Assembly (NCBI GenBank): GCA_965208105.1
Contig: OZ242318.1
Span: forward strand, 704,001 to 768,000
Direction: 5' to 3'
Length of the DNA stretch: 64,000 nucleotides
Source: Candidatus Latescibacterota bacterium
Lineage (GTDB): Bacteria; Latescibacterota; UBA2968; UBA8231
The position numbers were made by a program, and so were the translations under genes. This document shows, in pieces, positions 38,666 to 48,174 of this stretch. Under the pieces are notes generated by a model. That model worked only from the letters and a program-made list of their open reading frames with translations, did no database searches and was not told the origin of the DNA. How positions within the stretch are numbered: the first letter of the stretch is position 1; every line of letters starts with the position of its first letter.

Positions 38666-41410
38666 ATGAACCCTCCCCGACACTTCATCCTTGTCCTGCC
38701 CCTTCTGCTTGGGGCCTTGCCCCGGGTGGAAGCCGGGGCGCAGATTCTGCAAATCCACCCCCAATCCCTGGATTTCGGCACGGTGAAAATCGGCCTCCGG
38801 CTGCAGGAGAGGGTTCTGCTCAAAAATACCGGGGAGGCGGACCTCGAGGTCCTGGTGCGCCTGCGGGGAGACCGGTTCAGCGCATCTCCCGACACCTTGC
38901 TTCTCGAGAGCCAGGCCGAGGGATCGGTGGAGGTCGGCTTCACCGCGGCGGCAGAGGGTTCCTACACGGGCGAACTGGCCTTGCAGGCAATGGGGCTCCC
39001 CACCAGTGAGAGTCTCACGGTAACTTTGCGGGGGGCTGCAGCCCGTTCCGGCTTGCGCATCACCCCCGACCCCGCCCGGGGTCTCCAGGTTGAGCCCACG
39101 GCCATAGGAGCCAGGAGCCGGCACAGTCTCACCCTGGCCAACCCCAGCCCGGTTCCACTTTGCGTCGACAGCCTCACCCTCCACCCTGCCACCGGTCCCT
39201 TCCATCTCGGTCACCGCGGACCTCTGCAGCTGCATCCGGGCCAGGAAAGGAAGGTGGACCTGATCTTCGCACCCGGGCACGGCGGGAGATTCGAGCACAG
39301 GCTCGTGGTCCACTCCGCCGATCTGGACCCGGAGGATGTCGGAATTACCCTCGAGGGAGAGGGACTGGCTCCCATCGCCTCCTTCTCTCCCCATCCCCGG
39401 GTGGGAATGGACTTCGGCAGCGTGGAGCTGGGCAAGAGCGTGGAGCGCCCACTCACCGTCCTCAACCTGGGAAGGTCCAACCTCCGCATCGAGGGGCTCC
39501 ACATATCCGGACAGTCCTTCACCGCTTCCTGGGAGGAATCGCCGGACACCTCGGTGGCTGCGGGGGCCCAGGTCCAGGTGGGAATCGCCTTTAATCCATA
39601 TCGGGAAGGATCGTCCAGCGCCACCCTGACCCTGCGCACCAACGACCCCGACCAGCTCAGCGTGGAGATTCCTCTGTCGGCCACTGCCCGGATCAGCCCG
39701 GCGCAGATCGAAATCCTCAACGAGGACCCCATCGACTTCGGCGGGGTAGCTCTCGGCGACTATGCCAGGGACCGCCTGCTGTTGTGGAACAGGGGCGGCC
39801 GTCCCCACGCGGTGGAGGCGCGCATCGAGGACGGCAGGGAGCGGGAGTTCCTCCTCGAATCGCCGGCGCCGCTGCTGCAGGCCGGAGGCAGCAAAGGCAT
39901 CCCGCTCAAATTCTCTCCGCGCGAGGGAGGCGAGCGCCGCGCCGTGCTCGTGGTGGAAACCGAAAGGGGTCCCCGGCGGGTTTCCTTGCGAGGCTATGGT
40001 CAGTTTCTCAAGCTGAGCCCCGCCGCGCTCGACTTCGACCGCGTCGCCGTGGGGGAAAGCAACAGCCTGGTAGTCGAGCTCCTCAACGAGGGCAACGTCG
40101 ATTTCACCGTAGAGGGGATCGATTCCTCCAACGAGGACTTTACCGCCCACACCGAGATAGGCTCCGCAGACAAGGTCATCCTGCCTGCCCACGGCCAGCG
40201 CTCCCTGCCCCTCGGGGTTACCTTCTCTCCTTCCGCCCGCGGCGCCGTTTCCTCCGCCCTGCGCGTCGCAGGCTACTGGGAAGAAGGCAGGGAAACCCTG
40301 GAGATTCTGCTCACCGGAAAAGGGGTTGCGGGACAGATCGACCTGCATCCGCCAGGACCGCTCGAGTTCGGCCACGTGGTGCTGGGAGAAAGAGAGGCAC
40401 TAGCCCTTGTCGCGACCAACAGCGGCGACAGCGAATCCAGGGTAGAGGGGCGTTCCCTCAGCAGCGAAGCCCGCCTTGAGCCGGCGGTCTTCACCCTGCA
40501 GCCGGGGGAGTCAGCCCCCCTGAAGCTATACTTCAGTCCTGCGGCATTGGGGGAGCGCCACGCCCAGGTCCTTTTGATCAGCGATGGAATCAAGGAAAGG
40601 GCGCGGCCCATCCAGATCAAAGGCAAGGGGGCCCTCGAGGACATCGACCTGTCCAGAATCACCACCATCACCACGGTGCGCCGGTCGCGGACCGACACCC
40701 TGGAGGTGGAATGGGACAATACACCGTTCATCGTCCCCGATGAAAGCAAGATCCATCTGTTCTTCTCAAGCGTGGATTCTCTGCGCAATGCCCTGGTGGG
40801 GCGCAAGCTGGCGGTGGAGTGGGTAAAGTTGGACCACAACTACGACCCCAAGGGCAGCGTCAGGAGGACCGAGCTGCGGATCTACGAGTCGAGCCGGGGC
40901 GACCTCGAGTTGGAGGACTTCAACCTTCGCCTGCAGGAATCATCCAACAAGCGGGTCAGGCTCCAGGTGACCAGCCGCAGTCACCCCGGCGCCGCGCCCC
41001 AGAGCATCTCGCAAATCTTTGAGGTCGGCGGCTGGAAATGGGAATTCGAAGCCAAGCCCCTGGTATCGTTCCTGACCATACGTCCGGGACGCAGCCACAG
41101 GAACGCGGACGGGACGATTGTGAAAGGAAAGACCGAGCGTCTGATCGGCCTTCCCGGCCTTGCCTTCGCCGGGTGGCACAATCCGGAAAATCAATCCATC
41201 TCGGGGATTCATTTCACCGCCATCGGCAACGTTCTCGAAGCCCTGTCCACGGACAACTCCATCGCCATCTCCCTGGGTCTCGCGGTCTCCCTCTACAAGG
41301 ACAAATTTCTCATAGGCTGTGGATGGGACGTCTACGACAGCCGCCCCAGGGCCAGGCGCGAGGGCACCCAGGACTACCTCATGACCTTCAAGTACTCAGG
41401 GCTGTTCTGA
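38666..41410 (+). CDS. Secreted protein with ~6 tandem choice-of-anchor D / ASH (ASPM-SPD-2-Hydin) Ig-like domains
   Basis: Signal peptide; repeated (L/M)DFG.V..G.......N.G...L.......F.P...G...L.......L.G.G units; C-terminal beta-rich segment ending in Phe. Confidence 0.75.
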   Translation: MNPPRHFILVLPLLLGALPRVEAGAQILQIHPQSLDFGTVKIGLRLQERVLLKNTGEADLEVLVRLRGDRFSASPDTLLLESQAEGSVEVGFTAAAEGSYTGELALQAMGLPTSESLTVTLRGAAARSGLRITPDPARGLQVEPTAIGARSRHSLTLANPSPVPLCVDSLTLHPATGPFHLGHRGPLQLHPGQERKVDLIFAPGHGGRFEHRLVVHSADLDPEDVGITLEGEGLAPIASFSPHPRVGMDFGSVELGKSVERPLTVLNLGRSNLRIEGLHISGQSFTASWEESPDTSVAAGAQVQVGIAFNPYREGSSSATLTLRTNDPDQLSVEIPLSATARISPAQIEILNEDPIDFGGVALGDYARDRLLLWNRGGRPHAVEARIEDGREREFLLESPAPLLQAGGSKGIPLKFSPREGGERRAVLVVETERGPRRVSLRGYGQFLKLSPAALDFDRVAVGESNSLVVELLNEGNVDFTVEGIDSSNEDFTAHTEIGSADKVILPAHGQRSLPLGVTFSPSARGAVSSALRVAGYWEEGRETLEILLTGKGVAGQIDLHPPGPLEFGHVVLGEREALALVATNSGDSESRVEGRSLSSEARLEPAVFTLQPGESAPLKLYFSPAALGERHAQVLLISDGIKERARPIQIKGKGALEDIDLSRITTITTVRRSRTDTLEVEWDNTPFIVPDESKIHLFFSSVDSLRNALVGRKLAVEWVKLDHNYDPKGSVRRTELRIYESSRGDLELEDFNLRLQESSNKRVRLQVTSRSHPGAAPQSISQIFEVGGWKWEFEAKPLVSFLTIRPGRSHRNADGTIVKGKTERLIGLPGLAFAGWHNPENQSISGIHFTAIGNVLEALSTDNSIAISLGLAVSLYKDKFLIGCGWDVYDSRPRARREGTQDYLMTFKYSGLF

Positions 41411-42400
41411 TGTCACCTGGGCACCTTGCCCCGCAACGAGCTTCTCGTAAATCCCGATGGCCGAACACAGGTCCTGTACCGCAAGTCCGGTCAGGTAGAC
41501 CAGGCGAGGGACTTCCGTGCGGGGCTGCAGTCGACCGCAGGCGGCATCGCCCACGTTAAGTATCCTTCCCGCTTCATCCCTGGCAAAGGAAATGAGCTCG
41601 AACCGTCCCGCTGCCAGCGCATGTTTGAACTCGCCGGAATGCCTGGCCTGCCCCAATTCATCAACCACAACCTCCCGCTGCTCCATAACCTCCTGAGGCA
41701 ACTGACGGGTGCGGCCGTCTCCCCCCAGGACCACTAGACAGGGAATCCCCTCCAGTGCTTCAACGGAGAAGATCGGCCGGGGGGTTGGCACCGCCGCGAT
41801 CACGGCGTCGGCGCCGTCGATGCAGGTTTCAATGCTGTCGGCGAGGTTCAGTGAAGCTCGCAGACGTTTCTCCATGGCCAGGGCGAACTTCTCCCGGTTC
41901 CGGGTGCTCCGGCTGGTGACCCCGATTTCCTCGAGATCGAAAAGCCGGTCCAGGGCGGGGGCCAGTGCCCTTGCTATGCGGCCCGTGCCGACAAGGCCGA
42001 CCCGGCGCAGCGGCAACGGCGCGAGGTACTTGAGGCCGAGGGCGCCGGCGGCGCCCGTCCGCATGTCGGTGAGGTAGTCGGCCTCCATGGAGACCGCTCT
42101 GTCCCGGCGCAAATCTTTCAGGGTGAGGGAGGCGGTGCGCGTTTCCAACCGGCCCCGACCCACGTCCGACCATTCCTCTATAATCTTGCAAGCCCGGTAT
42201 CTCCCGGGCCATCGCGCCGCCATCTCCAGGCGAAAGTATCCCAGCCCCTTCTGCTTTTCGATCACCTCCAGTCTCGGCGAGTTCAACAACACCCCCTGTC
42301 CATGAAGCCGAAACGCCCGGTCGCAGGCGGCAAGAAAATCGTCGACGCGGAAAAGGGATCGGAGCTCATCTTCGCCTATAGAAAGCAGCGTGTCCACCAC
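41396..42400 (-). CDS. Ornithine cyclodeaminase/mu-crystallin family protein
   Basis: LTDMRTGAAGAL, VGTGRIA, ADAVI, TGLAVQDL; GTG start after GGAGG. Confidence 0.8.
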   Translation of the reverse strand: MVDTLLSIGEDELRSLFRVDDFLAACDRAFRLHGQGVLLNSPRLEVIEKQKGLGYFRLEMAARWPGRYRACKIIEEWSDVGRGRLETRTASLTLKDLRRDRAVSMEADYLTDMRTGAAGALGLKYLAPLPLRRVGLVGTGRIARALAPALDRLFDLEEIGVTSRSTRNREKFALAMEKRLRASLNLADSIETCIDGADAVIAAVPTPRPIFSVEALEGIPCLVVLGGDGRTRQLPQEVMEQREVVVDELGQARHSGEFKHALAAGRFELISFARDEAGRILNVGDAACGRLQPRTEVPRLVYLTGLAVQDLCSAIGIYEKLVAGQGAQVTSEQP

Positions 42401-42540
42401 TCTTCCTCCGGGCCAGGCCCGCGGTGGAGTCGGCAGAAATTCCCCCGATTCCCGGGGTCCACCCGCTCGCCGCAGCCTTGCCAAATGCTTCAGGGATTCC
42501 GAAACGGAGTCTCGATAAAGATATGCGGACCAGGATCCTC

Positions 42541-42569
42541 TTGACACCTAAAATAATGTTCACTATTAT
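42541..42569 (+). promoter_or_regulatory. Sigma70-type promoter
   Basis: TTGACA-17 nt-TATTAT in an AT-rich patch. Confidence 0.75.
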
Positions 42570-42610
42570 ACATGTGTTCATTATAATCCACTTTTCCAAG
42601 GCTGGAAACC

Positions 42611-42718
42611 ATGCTTCAGATACCCAATGACCGAACCGAAAGATTCGCCCAGATCCTCGCCTTGCTGGGTTTCTTCTATCTTTTCCTGCGCGTCGGGCTG
42701 GACCTCTTCCGGGCATAG
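42611..42718 (+). CDS. 35-aa single-transmembrane small protein (not in ORF track)
   Basis: MLQIPNDRTERFAQILALLGFFYLFLRVGLDLFRA*; ~35 nt after the predicted +1, with GGA upstream. Confidence 0.55.
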   Translation: MLQIPNDRTERFAQILALLGFFYLFLRVGLDLFRA

Positions 42719-42945
42719 GGCCCGCTCTCTCCTACCATCGGTTCCGGCCATTCCCGGCACTGGTCCCAGGAAAACATCCCTGCCGCGGCCACAGCACCCC
42801 TGCAATACCCATTCCCCGCCTTGCCGCCGTTCTCAATTTTGATTGACTTAATGGATCAATTCATATTCTTTTATGTATCGGTTCGCATTGGTTCCAAATT
42901 GCGGAAACAGCACCCGTCCTTTCTTCGAGCTTCTCCTGTTTCTCA

Positions 42946-43425
42946 TTGAAACGAGATAACCTACAGCGGAAACTCCTTTGGCTTCTGGCTGGCGTATCGG
43001 CCGTTGTGCTGTTGGCCGGATTTGTTGGAAACGGCGCCGAAGATCCAGAAGAACATGCGAGCGCTCCCGCCGTATTTCCGAAATTATCCGAACCTGTTCG
43101 AGTAGAAGTGCTGAATGGCTGCGGCGTGCCTCAAGTGGCCGCGCGCCTGATGAAGAAAGCACGGGCTTTGGGTCTGGGGGTGGACGTAATTCACGAGGGC
43201 AATGCCGAAAGCTTCAACTTTCTCCACACAGTGGTCCTCGACCGCAGCGGGGATATGAACAAGGCGCTGCAAGTGGCCTCGGCCCTGGGAATCCCCAACT
43301 ACGCCCAACAGATCGTAGAGGACTCATACCGCCTTGCCGACGTCTCGATCATCGTCGGCAGAGACTACCATCGTCTCTGGCTGTTCAACGAGAGTACAGG
43401 AAGGGAGCCTTCAGCCCCCGAATGA
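42946..43425 (+). CDS. LytR C-terminal domain membrane protein
   Basis: TM helix, then VRVEVLNGCG...GNA..F...DVSIIVGRDY; typical position upstream of rsfS. Confidence 0.85.
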   Translation: MKRDNLQRKLLWLLAGVSAVVLLAGFVGNGAEDPEEHASAPAVFPKLSEPVRVEVLNGCGVPQVAARLMKKARALGLGVDVIHEGNAESFNFLHTVVLDRSGDMNKALQVASALGIPNYAQQIVEDSYRLADVSIIVGRDYHRLWLFNESTGREPSAPE

Positions 43426-43835
43426 CCTGGCACGAAGATGCAAGGGTGGAAAAGATAGTCGAGGTTCTGCAGAGCAAAAATGCGGTGGACCTCCTGCTCA
43501 TGGATCTGCGCACCGTATCCGATGCGGCCGACTATTTCATCCTCTGCAACGGCACCTCCGATCTGCACGTGAAGACATTGGCTGAGGAAGTGAAGGAACG
43601 ACTCAGGCTGGACGACTGCATCCCCTGGCACATCGAAGGACTGAAGACCAGGCGGTGGGTGCTCATAGACTACGTCGACATCGTGGTGCACATCTTCCGC
43701 AGAGAGACCCGGGAGTACTACGGACTGGAGCGCCTGTGGGGTGATGCGGAAAGCACCGTGTTTGCAGGTACATTGGAAAATGCCATGGAAACACAATCGC
43801 CGGATGGTGACGATTTTGTTTTCTCCAGGTCCTGA
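43422..43835 (+). CDS. rsfS: Ribosomal silencing factor
   Basis: DYFILCNG.S..HV, EG....WVLIDY.DIVVHIF....R.YY.LERLWGDA. Confidence 0.93.
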   Translation: MTWHEDARVEKIVEVLQSKNAVDLLLMDLRTVSDAADYFILCNGTSDLHVKTLAEEVKERLRLDDCIPWHIEGLKTRRWVLIDYVDIVVHIFRRETREYYGLERLWGDAESTVFAGTLENAMETQSPDGDDFVFSRS

Positions 43836-44884
43836 TGCCCATCCAAACCCTTAAATGGAAGGACGACGCCCTCGTCCTTCTCGACCAAACCGCTCTTCCC
43901 TCCGAGGTCAACCACCTCACTTGCCGCGAGGTGGAAACCGTTGCCTCGGCGATCGAGGACTTGAAGGTTCGCGGCGCACCCGCGATCGGCATAGCCGCCG
44001 CCTACGGGGTGGTCCTCGGAGCCTTGAAGGCAGTTGAGGACACTCCAGGTAATTTTCGCCGCCAGGTTGGCAGGGCAATCGCCCGTCTCGAACGCACCCG
44101 GCCCACCGCGGTCAACCTGTTCTGGGCGCTGGAGCGCATGCGGCGCATCCTCGATGCGGGAGCGGAACAGGGAAACCGGGAACTGTGCGAAGGGTTGCTG
44201 GAGGAGGCCGAGCGCATCTTTGCGGATGACCGGGCAATCTGCCGCCGACTCGGCCGCCACGGTGCCGAACTGCTCGAAGATGGCCAGACCGCTCTTACTC
44301 ATTGCAATGCCGGCAGCCTGGCCACGGCCGATTACGGTACCGCTCTCGGGGTGATCTATGCCGCTCTCGAGCAGAAAAAAAAGATCAAGGTTTTCGCCGA
44401 CGAAACCCGGCCTCTGCTGCAAGGCGCGCGACTCACAGCCTGGGAGCTCAAGGAAAGCGGCGTGGACGTCACCTTGATCTGCGACAGCATGGCAGCGACG
44501 GTCATGCGCCAGAAGAAGGTCGACTGCGCCATCGTAGGAGCGGACCGAATCGCCGCCAACGGCGACGTGGCCAACAAGGTCGGCACCTATGGACTTGCCG
44601 TTCTTGCGCGTGAACACCAAATCCCCTTCTATGTCGCTGCTCCCGTCTCGACCCTGGATATCGCCCTCGAATCGGGAGCCCGGATACCCATTGAAGAGCG
44701 CCGCGGCGATGAGATCAGCGATGGTTTCGGTATGAGGACGGCCCCGCCGGGCGTGCGAACCTACAACCCGGCATTCGATGTCACTCCCAACGACCTGGTG
44801 ACGGCGATCATTTCCGAAAAGGGTATTGCCAGGCCGCCCTACGAGCCTGTCCTGCGCGACTGGGCAGCGTCAACCAGCAGATGA
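43835..44884 (+). CDS. mtnA: S-methyl-5-thioribose-1-phosphate isomerase
   Basis: VRGAPAIG, RPTAVNL, THCNAGSLAT, DETRP..QGARLT, GADRIAANGDVANKVGTY, NPAFDVTP. Confidence 0.95.
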   Translation: MPIQTLKWKDDALVLLDQTALPSEVNHLTCREVETVASAIEDLKVRGAPAIGIAAAYGVVLGALKAVEDTPGNFRRQVGRAIARLERTRPTAVNLFWALERMRRILDAGAEQGNRELCEGLLEEAERIFADDRAICRRLGRHGAELLEDGQTALTHCNAGSLATADYGTALGVIYAALEQKKKIKVFADETRPLLQGARLTAWELKESGVDVTLICDSMAATVMRQKKVDCAIVGADRIAANGDVANKVGTYGLAVLAREHQIPFYVAAPVSTLDIALESGARIPIEERRGDEISDGFGMRTAPPGVRTYNPAFDVTPNDLVTAIISEKGIARPPYEPVLRDWAASTSR

Positions 44885-45711
44885 GGGCATCCCTTTGGCA
44901 AGCGACCTGGATCAGAACCATGAGACGATGTAATGCATTGATTCTGGCTCTGGCACTGTGGACCGGCTGCGCCACAACCCCCCGGGCAGAGAGATCGGAG
45001 CTGAAGCCGCCTCAGGCAGAGCGCTTCGACCCCCGGTCCCTGGGTGAAGACCAGGTGCTGATCCAACCGGAATTCGATCGCCCCGCCGCGGCCCAGGGAG
45101 AAGAACCCGGGGGCATTCAAGTTTACCGGGTTCAAATCATGAGCCTGAGCTTCGAGGCGAAAGCACGGCAGAAGGCGGAAGAACTGGAAAGGGTTCTTGG
45201 AGTGCCGGTCCTGGTAGAGTCCGAGCGAGGGCTGTTCATGGTGCGCGCCGGCGCATTTCGATCTGCCGCCGAAGCCGCCATTCTCCTGCAACGGCTCCGG
45301 GAAATGGGCTCCCGCTACGCGGACTCCTTCGTGGTGGTTCGCGAGCAGAGCATCGATCCGGACAAGGCCGGCTCCGGTCCCCTGGACCTGACCGCCGAAA
45401 CCCCGACAGCGGCGGGCACCGTCGGTGAATCTTCGGTTTCGGACTCAGTCCTCGTTCCCGCCTTCGGCTGGCGCGTTCAGATCGGACAGTTCAAGACCCA
45501 TGAGGAAGCTGCCCGCTTGAAGGAAAAGGCCCGTCGCCATCTGAAGCGCAGCGATATCGACGTTATCTTCAAGGCACCCTGGTACAGGGTCCAGGTCGGC
45601 CACTATCGCTATGAAGCGGAAGCCCGCGAGTGGGCCGAAAGGCTTGGAGCCAGAGGATATCACACCCTTCGGGTAAGGGGCCAGGTGTTTCTGCCGCTGG
45701 AGCGAAGATGA
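44881..45711 (+). CDS. SPOR domain lipoprotein (two SPOR domains)
   Basis: LWTGC lipobox (likely start 44920); YRVQI...VRAGAF and WRVQIG...WYRVQVG. Confidence 0.8.
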   Translation: MRASLWQATWIRTMRRCNALILALALWTGCATTPRAERSELKPPQAERFDPRSLGEDQVLIQPEFDRPAAAQGEEPGGIQVYRVQIMSLSFEAKARQKAEELERVLGVPVLVESERGLFMVRAGAFRSAAEAAILLQRLREMGSRYADSFVVVREQSIDPDKAGSGPLDLTAETPTAAGTVGESSVSDSVLVPAFGWRVQIGQFKTHEEAARLKEKARRHLKRSDIDVIFKAPWYRVQVGHYRYEAEAREWAERLGARGYHTLRVRGQVFLPLERR

Positions 45712-47678
45712 TCAGGAAGTCCCTGCCGCTTCATCTGCTTCTTGCCGGGCTCCTGCAGGCCGCCTGCTCCCCCCCCTGGCCTGCTCCTCCTCCCGCTCCT
45801 CGTCCCGCAGCAGTAATCCCCGATACCACATCCGTTCTTCCCGACAGCACCTTCGACGACAGGACGGCCGTCCAGGCGGCGCGCTGGCACCTGCTGCGCG
45901 CTGAGGAAGCCCTGGCCTGCAGCCTGTTCGAGGTGGCTCAGGAGGACCTGGACCGCGCCCTGGACATCCTGACGGGGATCGAGACGGGTGACGGGGACCA
46001 GAACGTGGCGGAAGCAGAGCTGGACTTCCTCGGCGAAGCCGTCGAAAGAACCTACCTGACACTGCTCCCGAACCTTCGGCACCTTTCCCCGGACAGCCCC
46101 CTGACACTCCTCCTCGAAGGAGTGTCCGAGGAGGTGATTGAAGACCTTCCCCCCGACGCGGCGCCCTTCGTGCGCATCCACCAGTTGAGCGGACAGTGCG
46201 ACGTACCCATCGACGCCAACCCCAAGGTGGCGGCCAGCATTCACTTTTTTCAGTCCCGGGGCAAAAAGACATTTGCCGCATGGATGAAGCGCTCCGGACG
46301 CTACCGCTCCCTCATCCTCGACGCCCTGCGCGCAGAGGGCCTGCCGGAAGATCTATTTTACATCGCCATGATCGAAAGTGGGTTCAATCCCCGGGCGCGC
46401 TCCCGCGCTCATGCGGTGGGCCTCTGGCAATTCATGGAATCCACCGCCCGGCTCGAAGGCCTGCACAGGACCCACTGGGTTGACGAACGGCGGGACCCGG
46501 GAAAATCCACCCGGGCAGCCGCCCGGCATCTCAAGGACCTGCACCGCCAATTTCGCGATTGGCGTCTGGCCCTCGCAGCCTACAACGCAGGCCGGGGCCG
46601 CGTTTCGCGAGCCGTAGAGCGGGCGGGAACCCGCGATTTCTGGAGCTTGAATCTGCCGCGCGAAACCAGAAACTACGTGCCCCTTTTCATGGCCGCCGCC
46701 ATCATCTCCAAGGACCCCGGACTCTTCGGCTTCCCGCTGATCGAAGAAGACTCTCCCATGAGTTTCGAAGGTGTTGAGCTGCCACGGCCCACCATGCTGG
46801 AAACCGCCGCAAGGTGCATGCGCACAAGTGTGGCAACCCTCCGTCACCTCAACCCCGAACTGCGCCGGTCCATAACTCCACCCCACTTTGAGAATGCCTA
46901 TAACCTGAAGGTCCCTGCCGGCAAGGGGCAGAGCTTACTCCAATGTTATTCCCGGCTCCCCGAAAGCGAGAAACATCTCGCCTGGTTCGACTACCGGGTG
47001 AAGCCAAGGGACAACATCTCGAGCATCGGGCGCAATTTCGGGGTCTCACCAAGGCTCATCATAGCCGCCAACAATCTCCGCAATCCCAACCGCATCTATC
47101 CCGGGCAACTTCTTCACATTCCCGCTCCCGGGGCGCACCGACGGGTCCGGGCGCCCGCCTCCGGCGGCAGGACGATCTACACCGTCAAGCCCGGAGACTC
47201 CCTGAGCCGAATCGCCTCCGAGCACGGTGTTGGGGTCGGCCTCCTGAAAAGTTGGAACACCCTCGGCAGTGACGTCATTCATCCGGGGGACCACTTGATC
47301 GTCCGGAAGCCGCCACAGGCACACCCGGAAGGGCAGCCTGACCCTCTCCCTTCCAATGGGGGCAAAATCCACATCGTCCAAGCCGGGGAAACCCTGTGGA
47401 ATATTTCGCGGCGTTTCGCCGTCGGTCTGGAGAACCTGAAACTGCGCAATAACCTGAAGGGAACCCTGATTCATCCGGGGCAGAAACTGATCATCCCACC
47501 AAGGTATCTACTCGGCAAAATTCTCTATGTAGTGGCAAAAGGGGACACGCTCTACAGTATCGCGCGCAAATTCGGGCTGCGGGCAAGGGACATTGCCCGG
47601 GAGAACAATATCAGCCTCTCCACCACTCTGTTGCCGGGAATGACCCTGGAAATAAACAAGCAGGGAGCAGCCGATTAA
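45708..47678 (+). CDS. mltD: Membrane-bound lytic murein transglycosylase D-like (SLT + 4 LysM)
   Basis: [32 protein letters not shown]; four LysM repeats. Confidence 0.9.
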   Translation: MIRKSLPLHLLLAGLLQAACSPPWPAPPPAPRPAAVIPDTTSVLPDSTFDDRTAVQAARWHLLRAEEALACSLFEVAQEDLDRALDILTGIETGDGDQNVAEAELDFLGEAVERTYLTLLPNLRHLSPDSPLTLLLEGVSEEVIEDLPPDAAPFVRIHQLSGQCDVPIDANPKVAASIHFFQSRGKKTFAAWMKRSGRYRSLILDALRAEGLPEDLFYIAMIESGFNPRARSRAHAVGLWQFMESTARLEGLHRTHWVDERRDPGKSTRAAARHLKDLHRQFRDWRLALAAYNAGRGRVSRAVERAGTRDFWSLNLPRETRNYVPLFMAAAIISKDPGLFGFPLIEEDSPMSFEGVELPRPTMLETAARCMRTSVATLRHLNPELRRSITPPHFENAYNLKVPAGKGQSLLQCYSRLPESEKHLAWFDYRVKPRDNISSIGRNFGVSPRLIIAANNLRNPNRIYPGQLLHIPAPGAHRRVRAPASGGRTIYTVKPGDSLSRIASEHGVGVGLLKSWNTLGSDVIHPGDHLIVRKPPQAHPEGQPDPLPSNGGKIHIVQAGETLWNISRRFAVGLENLKLRNNLKGTLIHPGQKLIIPPRYLLGKILYVVAKGDTLYSIARKFGLRARDIARENNISLSTTLLPGMTLEINKQGAAD

Positions 47679-47681
47679 AAC

Positions 47682-48167
47682 ATGACGGTAATGAAACTCG
47701 CCCTGTTCCTGGCATTGGCATTCATTCTGCAAACTACCTGGATCCGTCTTTTCGAAATTCTCGATCTGAAGCCTGACCTGATCGTCCTGGCCCTGGTGTA
47801 CGTCGCTCTCGCCGCCGGGGCAATCAAGGCCACCATTTTCGGTTTCTGCATTGGTTTCACTCAGGACATCCACGCTCCGGACGATCTCGGCCTCAATGCC
47901 CTGATCGACTCCATTATCGGCTTCGCCGTAGGTTGGTGCCGCGTGGGCATCATGGTCGACAACATCCAGGCCCAGGTCGCTCTCGTCGTCGGTGCCGTGC
48001 TGGTGCACGACTTGATCTACTACGTGGGCCAGAGCGGCACGGCACTGGGGGACGTTCCACTTTTCTGGCTGCGATACAGTCTGGGGAGATCCCTCTACAC
48101 CGGGTTGATCGGCCTGCTCCTGTCCTACCTGCTGCTCCTGCGCCGCCGGCGTTTATTCGAGTCCTGA
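47682..48167 (+). CDS. mreD: Rod shape-determining protein MreD
   Basis: Hydrophobic; PDL.......GF..G...D; directly upstream of mrdA. Confidence 0.85.
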   Translation: MTVMKLALFLALAFILQTTWIRLFEILDLKPDLIVLALVYVALAAGAIKATIFGFCIGFTQDIHAPDDLGLNALIDSIIGFAVGWCRVGIMVDNIQAQVALVVGAVLVHDLIYYVGQSGTALGDVPLFWLRYSLGRSLYTGLIGLLLSYLLLLRRRRLFES

Positions 48168-48174
48168 ACAAATC

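Noticed and set aside
42839-42869. Second promoter for the lytR-rsfS operon
   Set aside because: TTGACT/TTGATT to TATTCT spacings are 15 or 19 nt; plausible but not supportable from sequence alone.
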